A DNA stretch of 64,000 nt from Longimicrobiales bacterium (GTDB taxonomy: Bacteria > Gemmatimonadota > Gemmatimonadetes > Longimicrobiales > Gaopeijiaceae), in NCBI GenBank assembly GCA_965208935.1, contig CBDBPR010000003.1, positions 91,877 through 155,876 of the forward strand, given 5' to 3'. The translations under genes were made by a program, and so were the position numbers. The notes under the pieces were generated by a model that did no database searches, was not told the origin of the DNA, and saw only the letters and a program-made list of their open reading frames with translations. Of this stretch, positions 27,122-35,286 are shown one piece after another. The stretch's first letter is position 1, and each line of letters opens with the position of its first letter.

Positions 27122-28014
27122 TGCCCCGTCCCTCCGCCCACCGCCACCGTCTCGGCCACCCCCTCTGTCACCGCCCCCTCCGCCAGCCCGGTGAGCAGCC
27201 GCGCGGACTCGCACGCCCGCCCCGACCACCATCGCGCGATCGCCTCCGGCCCCCGCCCGGCGACCCGCTCGCTCCACCCCCTCGCGTGGCTGGCCAGCCA
27301 CCGCAGCGTTCCGGCCGGGTCCTGCGCGAAAAACGAGCGCAGCACGTACCGCCGCTCCCCCGCGCGACAGGCCAGCCCTACCTCGTCCCCGAGCCGGACC
27401 AGGTCGTCGCGCAGGATGATCGCGCCGGCGCGCACCGGCGTCAGCAACCCCGCCAGGAAAGCGCTACCGCCCTCGCGCCGCGGATCCGCGAGCCCGGGCG
27501 CCTCACGCAACGCCACGGGCAGGTAGCGGGGAAGCTCCATTTCGCCCGTCACTTCGTCCATCGCCTCACCAAGCAGTTGCGCCCACGCCTCGTAGAAGGC
27601 ATCGCCGCACCTCTCGAAGCTCGCCAGGTAGGGACCGAGCCACGACGCCATATGTTCCCAGACCAGGGTCATCAGGGCCTGGGCCAGGAGCACGCGACGC
27701 GCGTCGGCGCGCTCTTCGCGCCGCCATCCGTCGAGCGCGGCCAGCAGTGCCAGCAGCGAGGCCAGGTGATCCTCCTCCGTCTCCGCGTCGACACCCAGCG
27801 CCCTGCGAAACCCCGCCACCCGGTCGCGGGCCTCGCCGCCCATCATCCCCTCCGAACCCAGGTAGACGGAGGCATACGGGTAGCGCTGGAAGGCCACGAC
27901 GGCCCCGTGGACGGACGGAGCCGGCGGACAAGGCAGACCGATGGCTTCGGCAATCCGCTTGTGCTCGTGTGAGGGAGGCTCGATCAGCGAGCCAAGCGCG
28001 CGCAGAAGTTCCAT
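27118..28014 (-). CDS. TorD/NarJ-family redox-enzyme maturation chaperone with a C-terminal extension
   Basis: YPYASVYLGSEGMMGGEARDRVAGFRRALGV...EEDHLASLLALLAAL matches the TorD/nitrate-reductase-delta pattern. It lies 6 nt after the Mo-subunit stop. Confidence 0.7.
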   Translation of the reverse strand: MELLRALGSLIEPPSHEHKRIAEAIGLPCPPAPSVHGAVVAFQRYPYASVYLGSEGMMGGEARDRVAGFRRALGVDAETEEDHLASLLALLAALDGWRREERADARRVLLAQALMTLVWEHMASWLGPYLASFERCGDAFYEAWAQLLGEAMDEVTGEMELPRYLPVALREAPGLADPRREGGSAFLAGLLTPVRAGAIILRDDLVRLGDEVGLACRAGERRYVLRSFFAQDPAGTLRWLASHARGWSERVAGRGPEAIARWWSGRACESARLLTGLAEGAVTEGVAETVAVGGGTGQ

Positions 28015-28020
28015 GCAAAG

Positions 28021-31000
28021 TCAGTGGTCGGCCCGGCGATCCCCGTCCGAGTCGCCCGGCTTCCGGCCGTCCCCGGTTCGCCCGCCCGAAGCCGCCCGCA
28101 CCGCCCCATCCTCCTCCGACAGCCGGAACGCCCCCCGCTCAGGCCGCACCGGCCGCAGCAGCCAGTACGGACGGCGGGTCCCGTCCGGCGAGTGGAGCCC
28201 GGCGGGACGAGTGAGCTTCAACCAGCGGCGAAACGCGCGTCGCGACCGCTCCGTGTCAACCACGATGTCACCGTAGCGGTCGCCCTGCTCCGCTCTCCTC
28301 ACCCTGACCGCCTGATGCCAGCAGTGCGCCCCCGATATGGGATCGGGCTGCACGGGGAAGGTCATGTTCTGATGCACACCCACGTCCGTCCACCAGATCC
28401 GCGACGTGTCGGGATCGGCGGACGTGAAGGGCCCGGTGCCGTTCTTTCTCTGCATCCCCCACCCGCTTCCCTCACGGCTGAGCGCCACGGTTGCCATGGT
28501 CTGGCGCGGCCCGTCCCCCGTCTTCCACCGCCCCATGTGATGCGAGCACGCCACGACCCCGGGGTGAATCCCCTCCGTCACCCAGGCCTTCACCACGAAG
28601 TGACCGATCCCGGTCTCGACCCGGACGAGATCCCCCGTCTCCACCCCCAGGCGCGTCGCGTCCCGCGGGTGCAGCCACAACGGGTTGGTGTGCGCGATCT
28701 CGTTCAGCCACTTGGCGTTGGCGCTGCGCGTGTGAATCTGCACCGGCAGCCGAAACGTGGAGATCAGGCACATCTGGTCCCGCTCCAGGTTCGCCCTGTG
28801 CACATGGCTTCGCACGTAACCGGGCACCGCCATCTCCGGCCAGCCCCACTCGGCCAGCGTCCGCGACCAGAACTCGAGCCGGCCGGTCGGCGTCGGGAAC
28901 CCGCGACGGACCACGCCGTCCACCTCCACACCCACCCGCCGCCGCCCCTCCGCATCGCCATCCAGCGGCGGCAGCGGCACCACGTTCAGGGACGGCGGCG
29001 CCGCGGCCCGCGTGTACGCCCGCCCGCCCGCATCGACATGCACGTCCTCGAGTTCGGCCTCCGGTACCCGTCCCTCATGGACCGCGCCCACCCCGCGGCT
29101 GATCTCGAAGGCCCCGTACCGGCGCATGTACGCCAGCGGCGTCAGACCCTCGCGCGCGGCCCGCTCCGGCAGCCCCGGGACCGAGTTCTCGAAGATCCAC
29201 CCGTAGTACTCGTCCACGGTCATCTTCTCGCCCGGCCGCTTGCGCGACTCGAAGAACTTGCGGATTCCGCGCGAGCCGTCCGGGTCGATCCGCCACGTCA
29301 GCTCGATCCAGAATTCGTTTTCCTCCCACACCTCCCCCGGCGTCACATCCCGGGTCGATTCCACCTCCTCGCCCAGCCGCTCGCGCGCGGCGCGCAGCAC
29401 CGGCTGCCGGAAACCGAGCCAATAGCCGTCGTACTGCTCGTACGAAGTCAGGTCGTGGCGCTCCGAAGAGTGGCCCATGGGCAGCACGTAATCGGCGAAA
29501 AACGCGGTCTCGTTCCAGGTCGGCGTCAGCGCGACGTGCAGCCCGATCCGCTCCGGGTCGGTCAGCATCTCGATCCACGAAAAGCCGTCGGGATTGGTCC
29601 AGACCGGGTTGTAGACGCGGGTGAAATAAACATCCAGGCGCCCGTTCCGCTCGGCGGTCAGGTGCGGCAGAAGGAACGACATCTCCATCAGGCTCAGCGG
29701 GTAGTCGGACGGCCACGTCAGGTCGTTCCAGCGCTTCGGATGCTGCGCGGGCATCCGGATCGGCCGCGGCACGAACTTGTTCCACGAGTTGGGATAGGTC
29801 CCGCCGGGCACCGCGATGGCACCCATCAGCGCGTTCAGAAGGAACAGGGCCCGCGCCACCTGCCAACCCCCCAGATTGCCCGCCGCCGCGCTCCGCCAGT
29901 TGTGCGTGGACAGCCGCTCCCCCGCCCCCGCGACGGTCTCCGCGACCGCCTCGATCGTTTCAGCTGAAACGCCGCTCTCGGCCGCCGCGAATTCGAACGT
30001 GAACTCGGCGTAAAGCCCGCCAAGCACCGACTTGAATGTCTCGAAGGTGGCCGGCCCGCCGGGGTGGTTCTCCTCCAGGTACTCGCGCCAGTTCCACCAG
30101 CGCTCGACGAAGCGCTCGTTGTAGCGGCCGGTGCGAATCAGGTGGCTCGCAACCGCCAGCAGCACCGCCGCCTCCGACCCCGGATAGGTCGACAGCCAGT
30201 GATCCGCGTGCGTCGCCGTGTTGGAAAGCCGCGTGTCGAAGACGATCAGCTTCGCCCCCCGCTTCTTCCCCTCCATCACGCGCTGCGCGTGCGGATTGAA
30301 GTAGTGGCCGGCCTCCAGGTGGCTGCTGACCAGCAGAATGACGTCGGCGTTTTCGTGATCCGGGCTGGGCCGGTCCATACCCATCCACAGGTGGTAACCC
30401 ATGCGGGCGCCCGAAGAACAGATGTTTGTATGGGAGTTGTGACCATCCACGCCCCACGCCGCCAGCGTCCGTTCCGTGAAGCCGTCCTCGCCGGGACGTC
30501 CGACGTGGTACATGACCTCGCGGTGCCGGTCCTCGTCCATGGCCGCGCGGATCCGCCCGGCGATGTCGTCCAGCGCCTCGTCCCAGCCCACCCGCTCCCA
30601 CTGCCCCTCGCCCCTGGCCCCGACGCGCTTGAGCGGCGTGAGGATCCGGTCCGGATCGGTGAGCTGCGTCGCGGTGGCGGGTCCCTTGGCGCAGTTCCGC
30701 CCGCGCGACCCCGGGTGCTCCGGGTTGCCCTCGAACTTGCGCACCTCGAGCGTGTCGCGATCCACGTACGCGAGGAGACCGCACGCGGACTCGCAGTTGA
30801 AGCACGTGGTGGGCACCAGCATGTAGCGACGCTCCACGCGCTCCGGCCACGCCTTCGAGTCCAGTTCGACCCAGTCGCTCCAGCGCTCCTTCGGGGGAAA
30901 CGCCGCGAGGTGCACCCTGCTGGCCCCGGGGTAGAAGGTCTCGCCGCGGGCCTCCACGTCGGCCCTGGAGGCGGACACGCGGCGGTTCAGGTCGTCAAGT

Positions 31001-31077
31001 GTGAGGCGGCGCTCACCACCGTCCTGTCCGCGCCGGCGCCCGTCGCCGCGTTCCGCGCCCCCGCCGCGACCGCTCAT
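28021..31077 (-). CDS. Molybdopterin (bis-MGD) oxidoreductase catalytic subunit, PsrA/PhsA/TtrA-like, substrate unknown
   Basis: N-terminal FeS motif TTCFNCESACGLLAYV...GRNCAKG and large MopB-type conserved blocks. ATG at 31077 overlaps the upstream stop (ATGA). The N-terminal 50 aa contain no hydrophobic signal region. Confidence 0.85.
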   Translation of the reverse strand: MSGRGGGAERGDGRRRGQDGGERRLTLDDLNRRVSASRADVEARGETFYPGASRVHLAAFPPKERWSDWVELDSKAWPERVERRYMLVPTTCFNCESACGLLAYVDRDTLEVRKFEGNPEHPGSRGRNCAKGPATATQLTDPDRILTPLKRVGARGEGQWERVGWDEALDDIAGRIRAAMDEDRHREVMYHVGRPGEDGFTERTLAAWGVDGHNSHTNICSSGARMGYHLWMGMDRPSPDHENADVILLVSSHLEAGHYFNPHAQRVMEGKKRGAKLIVFDTRLSNTATHADHWLSTYPGSEAAVLLAVASHLIRTGRYNERFVERWWNWREYLEENHPGGPATFETFKSVLGGLYAEFTFEFAAAESGVSAETIEAVAETVAGAGERLSTHNWRSAAAGNLGGWQVARALFLLNALMGAIAVPGGTYPNSWNKFVPRPIRMPAQHPKRWNDLTWPSDYPLSLMEMSFLLPHLTAERNGRLDVYFTRVYNPVWTNPDGFSWIEMLTDPERIGLHVALTPTWNETAFFADYVLPMGHSSERHDLTSYEQYDGYWLGFRQPVLRAARERLGEEVESTRDVTPGEVWEENEFWIELTWRIDPDGSRGIRKFFESRKRPGEKMTVDEYYGWIFENSVPGLPERAAREGLTPLAYMRRYGAFEISRGVGAVHEGRVPEAELEDVHVDAGGRAYTRAAAPPSLNVVPLPPLDGDAEGRRRVGVEVDGVVRRGFPTPTGRLEFWSRTLAEWGWPEMAVPGYVRSHVHRANLERDQMCLISTFRLPVQIHTRSANAKWLNEIAHTNPLWLHPRDATRLGVETGDLVRVETGIGHFVVKAWVTEGIHPGVVACSHHMGRWKTGDGPRQTMATVALSREGSGWGMQRKNGTGPFTSADPDTSRIWWTDVGVHQNMTFPVQPDPISGAHCWHQAVRVRRAEQGDRYGDIVVDTERSRRAFRRWLKLTRPAGLHSPDGTRRPYWLLRPVRPERGAFRLSEEDGAVRAASGGRTGDGRKPGDSDGDRRADH

Positions 31078-32603
31078 GCCAACGGCACCGACTGACCGGC
31101 CTGGACGTAGGCGTGTTCGTAGGCGAGCAGCGCGGCGAGTCCGACCGGTACCGCCACCCACCCCAGCCAGGGAGCCGCGGCCCCGACCAGCGCGCCGGCC
31201 AGGCCCAGCCGGAACCAGCCCCGGAAGCGGCCGTGCGTCATCTCGCGTTCGGCCAGGCGGGCGTGCGCGGTGGGCGGCGGCATGAGGACCTCGCCGGCGA
31301 TCATGAGGGCGTGGGCCCCGCTGGCCACGGCGAAGACGGTCAGCGCGGCGGCCGAGGCTGTCCCAGCGCCCTCGATCATGAGCGCGGCGAGCGCGGTCAC
31401 GGCGCCGCCCGCGACCCCGGCCTGCACCAGGAAGTGCGCGGGCAGCAACGGGTTCTGCCACATGTCGCGCGCCTTGGCCTGCCCGAAGAGGAAGGCCGTG
31501 TACACCGCCGTGAGGACCGCGAGACCGCCCCCGAGCCAGCCGAGCCAGGGAGGCGGGGACACGCCGGTGACGGCCGCCCCGAAGTGCGCCGCCAGCACGG
31601 CTCCGTAGCCGCCGATGATGAACCCGCCACGTACCAGCCAGCTTCGCCACTGTGGGCGGCGGAAGATCAGGTGGAAGCGCTCGGGGTGCTCCAGATCCCA
31701 GATAAGGATGGCGCCGGTGAGCGCGAGGAAGACGCCGGCCACGATCGGCGCGGCGAATGTCCAGAGCGAATGGGTGATTGTCAGCGCGCCGGTCATGAGA
31801 AGGAGCAGCGGCACCAGATACGCGCCCGCTGCGACGGACTTCGTCCAGGTATAGAGCGAGACGCGGAAGTCCCACGGGGCGGTGTGCGGAATGTCGTAGC
31901 TGAGCACCGCCGCCGCCGACGAGTTCCATGGCCCCGGGTGTCCCGACGGCACGCCGTGCTCCACCTCGCCCTGCTCGCTCCACATGAAGAGGCCGCCGTC
32001 GGGACGCCGCGCCGCGAGAGGATCGAGCGTCACCTGGTCGCCGCCCTTGTAGTACAGCTTCGGCTTCGTCTCCTTCTCGGGCCGCCGCACTGCCACCGGA
32101 TCGCGGTTGATGATCCCGGCCACCTTCGAGGACGGGTCGTTCATGTCGCCCACCAGCAGGGCCTCCGTCGGGCAGACTACCACGCAAGCAGGCTCCAGGC
32201 CCACGTCGAGCCGGTGAGCGCAGAAGTTGCACTTCTCGGCCGCACCATCGGATGGATTGATGAAGATCGCGTCGTAGGGGCAGGCCGCGATGCAGGCCTT
32301 GCACCCGATGCACGCGCTCTTGTCGAAGTCGACGATCCCGTCCGCACGCTTGAACATCGCGGACGTGGGACACGCGTCCACGCACGGGGGCGCTTCGCAC
32401 TGGTTGCAGCGCGTGACCTGGAAGGATCGCCGAGCCTCGGGGAAGATCCCGGTGTCGACGTACTTGACGTACGTGCGCGTAACCGAGAGTGGGACTTCAT
32501 TCTCGGATTTGCAGGCCGTGGTGCAGGCGTGACAGCCGATGCACCGGGTCTGGTCGACCACCTTGGCCCACGCGGGACGTGAGTTGAGGTGAACAGTTTC
32601 CAT
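31074..32603 (-). CDS. Fusion protein: 4x[4Fe-4S] ferredoxin subunit (PsrB/NrfC/DmsB-like) + NrfD/PsrC-like polytopic membrane anchor
   Basis: CIGCHACTTACKSEN, CNQCEAPPCVDACP, CIGCKACIAACP and CNFCAHR...CVVVCP, followed by ~8 predicted TM helices (aa ~270-509). Start METVHLNS at 32603. Confidence 0.85.
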   Translation of the reverse strand: METVHLNSRPAWAKVVDQTRCIGCHACTTACKSENEVPLSVTRTYVKYVDTGIFPEARRSFQVTRCNQCEAPPCVDACPTSAMFKRADGIVDFDKSACIGCKACIAACPYDAIFINPSDGAAEKCNFCAHRLDVGLEPACVVVCPTEALLVGDMNDPSSKVAGIINRDPVAVRRPEKETKPKLYYKGGDQVTLDPLAARRPDGGLFMWSEQGEVEHGVPSGHPGPWNSSAAAVLSYDIPHTAPWDFRVSLYTWTKSVAAGAYLVPLLLLMTGALTITHSLWTFAAPIVAGVFLALTGAILIWDLEHPERFHLIFRRPQWRSWLVRGGFIIGGYGAVLAAHFGAAVTGVSPPPWLGWLGGGLAVLTAVYTAFLFGQAKARDMWQNPLLPAHFLVQAGVAGGAVTALAALMIEGAGTASAAALTVFAVASGAHALMIAGEVLMPPPTAHARLAEREMTHGRFRGWFRLGLAGALVGAAAPWLGWVAVPVGLAALLAYEHAYVQAGQSVPLA

Positions 32604-32717
32604 GTCTTGACAATAGACACGCTTTGCGCCGTCGAACAGACACGCCGTCCGCCGCCGGACAGGCCGCATCCCCTCCGTGCCCCACCCGGCGCCCGATTGC
32701 GTACCTTTGGGAAGATC

Positions 32718-33518
32718 ATGAGAGCTTGCCTGTTCGTCCGCGACCGACTCGTCCTCGCCCGAAACGCCGTGGAACTGCCGTCCCTGAGCGACGTGAAGGA
32801 CTGGGGGGTGGGTAACCTCGACTGGTTTCCGGTGCATGCCCCGAACTCGGGCGCGTGCGCCACCGCCGCCCTGGCGAATCCCGATTGGCGACCTCCTCCA
32901 GGCGTCGCCCCCGTCGGTTTGCGCGCCGTACTCGGGATACTCCCCGAACCCGAGTTGTGGCTGGCGCTCACCGCCGCGCACCTCGCCCGATGGCGCCGCA
33001 CCTCCCGTTTCTGCGGCGTGTGCGGCACCGAGACCACCCGGGCGGATCATCACAAGGCGATGCTGTGTCCCGCCTGTGGCCACCTCACCTTCCCGAAGGT
33101 GTCACCCGCCGTGATCGTCCAGGTGACGCGCGGCGCCGAGATCCTGCTCGGCCGCTCGCGCCGCCACCCGAGCGGCTCATACTCGGTGCTGGCGGGCTTC
33201 GTCGACCCGGGTGAGAGCCTGGAGGACGCGGTTCGGCGTGAAATCGAGGAAGAGTCGGGGATCCGCGTCACGGACGTCCGGTACTTCGGCAGTCAACCCT
33301 GGCCGTTTCCCGACTCGCTGATGGTGGGGTTCACAGCGGCGTACGAAAACGGCACGCTGCAGAACCTGGACGGCGAACTGGAGGATGTGGGCTGGTTCAC
33401 CGCCGACGCCTTGCCTCCGGTGCCGCCCGGATACAGCATAGCCCGGGCGCTGATCGACGATTTCGCCCGGCGCAGCGGCGTGGACCCGGCGGATGTGCCG
33501 ACCTGGAGACGCCGATGA
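32718..33518 (+). CDS. nudC: NAD+ diphosphatase (NADH pyrophosphatase), Nudix family
   Basis: Zinc ribbon CGVCGTETTRADHHKAMLCPACG and Nudix box GFVDPGESLEDAVRREIEEESGI. ATG at 32718. Confidence 0.85.
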   Translation: MRACLFVRDRLVLARNAVELPSLSDVKDWGVGNLDWFPVHAPNSGACATAALANPDWRPPPGVAPVGLRAVLGILPEPELWLALTAAHLARWRRTSRFCGVCGTETTRADHHKAMLCPACGHLTFPKVSPAVIVQVTRGAEILLGRSRRHPSGSYSVLAGFVDPGESLEDAVRREIEEESGIRVTDVRYFGSQPWPFPDSLMVGFTAAYENGTLQNLDGELEDVGWFTADALPPVPPGYSIARALIDDFARRSGVDPADVPTWRRR

Positions 33519-33925
33519 CCACAGACCATTCCCACCCGCAAGCGAGCCTCCCGATGAACCGACGCGTTCCCCTTGCCCTGATCGCCGCCACGCTGGCCGC
33601 TTCCTGTGCCACCGGCCCCTCCGGACCCCCACCCTTCGATCCGGTCGGCACCTACTCCTACAGCGCCGAGGTGGACGGACAGATCATCCCGGGTTCGATG
33701 ACCATCGAAGTGGCCGGAGACGGATACACGGGGCAGATCCGGAGCGACTTCTTCCCTACCATTCCGATCAACGCGGTCACGGTGGTGGACCAGGCCGTCA
33801 CAATCGAGGCGTCGGGACCGGATGGTCCGCTTCTCATCGAGTTCGCGGCTGTTGAAGGCGCTCTCGGCGGGACCTGGGCGATGGGCGAGCAGGGCGGCAC
33901 CTTCTCCGCGACGAAGACGAACTGA
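33515..33925 (+). CDS. Small lipoprotein, hypothetical
   Basis: The lipobox LAASC follows MNRRVPLALIAATLAAS. Start is either 33515 (ATGA overlap with nudC) or ATG 33554. Confidence 0.55.
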   Translation: MTTDHSHPQASLPMNRRVPLALIAATLAASCATGPSGPPPFDPVGTYSYSAEVDGQIIPGSMTIEVAGDGYTGQIRSDFFPTIPINAVTVVDQAVTIEASGPDGPLLIEFAAVEGALGGTWAMGEQGGTFSATKTN

Positions 33926-33981
33926 GACGCTCCCGGGCCCTCAAGCGCCCGCCGGCCGTCAGCCGAGCTTCACGGACTCGA

Positions 33982-35286
33982 TCACGGCCGCCCCAGGAAC
34001 CGCATCACCGCCAGCGCCACCGCGCGCGCGCCGTCCACCAGTTCGGCTACTCCGATGGATTCGTCCTCGCGGTGCGCGTTCGCGACATCGCCCGGACCGA
34101 ACAGCACGCCGGGCGTGCGTCCCGCGTTCACGAGGTGGCGCAGGTCGGAGCCGTACGGAACCGCCGCGAGCCCGCCCGGGCCCACGCCGAGATCGCGCGC
34201 CACCGACCGTGCGACCGTGACGATCCGGGCATCCTCCGGGGTCTCGCAGGGAGCGAACTGGCCGCCCCACCACTCGACACGGATGGGATTGCTGCGCAGG
34301 AAGTCGTCCCGGGCGCAACACTCTGCCACCTGTGCTTCGAACAGGCGGCGGGCGGCGTGGACATCTTCGCGTACGCCCACGCCGAAGCGCCCCTCGGCCC
34401 GCACCACTTCCGGCACCGAAGACGCCCACTCACCCCCCTGCACGGTCCCGATGCAGATCGCGTAAGGCGCTGGATTGGATCCGAAGCGGGAGTCGCCCAC
34501 ACAGGCATTGCGCTGCCGTTCAAAGTCCATCAGATGCCCGTAGACAAGCATGAGCTTCTCCAGCGCGCTCACGCCCTCGTGACGGAGTGCCCCGTGGGCG
34601 GCCCTCCCGGGGACGGTGAGGCGGAAGTTGAGCGCCCCGGCCTGGGCATTGGCCACATGGAGACCGGTCGGCTCAAGGACGATCGCGCCGTCCCCCGTGT
34701 GGCCGCGCAACACCGACGCCAGCGTCCCCAGTCCCCCGTCCTCCTCTCCGATGACGCTCTGGAAGAGCAGCGATCCGCGAAGGCCGACGCCGGCATCGAG
34801 CACGGCCTTCACCCCAGCGAGGCCGGCGACAAGCGGACCCTTCATGTCCAGCACCCCGCGCCCGTACACGCGGCCGTCGCGAACATCCATCCGAAACGGC
34901 GGCGCGGTCCAGCGGGACACCTCTCCCGGCGGCACGACGTCAACGTGGCCGTTGAGGACCAGCGTGGGGCCGCTGCCGGTAGGGCTGCTCCCGGTGGGGC
35001 CACGTCCGACACCCCCGTCCCAGTCCATGCGCCCCACCACACCGAGCGGGTTCCGCCGCTCGAGTTCGGTCGCGTAGTCGGGGTGCCGGCTCAACTCGCC
35101 CTCGTCGATCTCCCAGACATCGAGGTCCATCCCCAGCCCATCCATCACCGCGGCGACATACTCCTGAGCCGCACGTTCGTCGCCCTTCCACGAGGGGATG
35201 GCCACCAGCCCGGCGAGCGTTTCAAGCAGCCAGGCTTCGTCGATCGCCGGGGCCGCTACGGCGATTCCGACAGTCTCAACGCCCAC
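33982..35286 (-). CDS. M20 family peptidase, ArgE/DapE-like
   Basis: LNGHVDVVPPGE (H-x-D), SVIGEEDGGLGT, and LFGPGDVANAHREDE. The start is uncertain: GTG 35286 (chosen) or ATG 35343, both overlapping the upstream gene end at 35256. Confidence 0.8.
   Translation of the reverse strand: MGVETVGIAVAAPAIDEAWLLETLAGLVAIPSWKGDERAAQEYVAAVMDGLGMDLDVWEIDEGELSRHPDYATELERRNPLGVVGRMDWDGGVGRGPTGSSPTGSGPTLVLNGHVDVVPPGEVSRWTAPPFRMDVRDGRVYGRGVLDMKGPLVAGLAGVKAVLDAGVGLRGSLLFQSVIGEEDGGLGTLASVLRGHTGDGAIVLEPTGLHVANAQAGALNFRLTVPGRAAHGALRHEGVSALEKLMLVYGHLMDFERQRNACVGDSRFGSNPAPYAICIGTVQGGEWASSVPEVVRAEGRFGVGVREDVHAARRLFEAQVAECCARDDFLRSNPIRVEWWGGQFAPCETPEDARIVTVARSVARDLGVGPGGLAAVPYGSDLRHLVNAGRTPGVLFGPGDVANAHREDESIGVAELVDGARAVALAVMRFLGRP

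Noticed and set aside
31078-32400. The N-terminal 440 aa of track ORF 28021..32400 would make a 1459-aa molybdoenzyme.
   Set aside because: That part is an alternative frame of the well-supported FeS-NrfD gene (31074-32603) and has no recognisable motifs. The Mo subunit has an ATG at 31077 in an ATGA overlap with the upstream stop.
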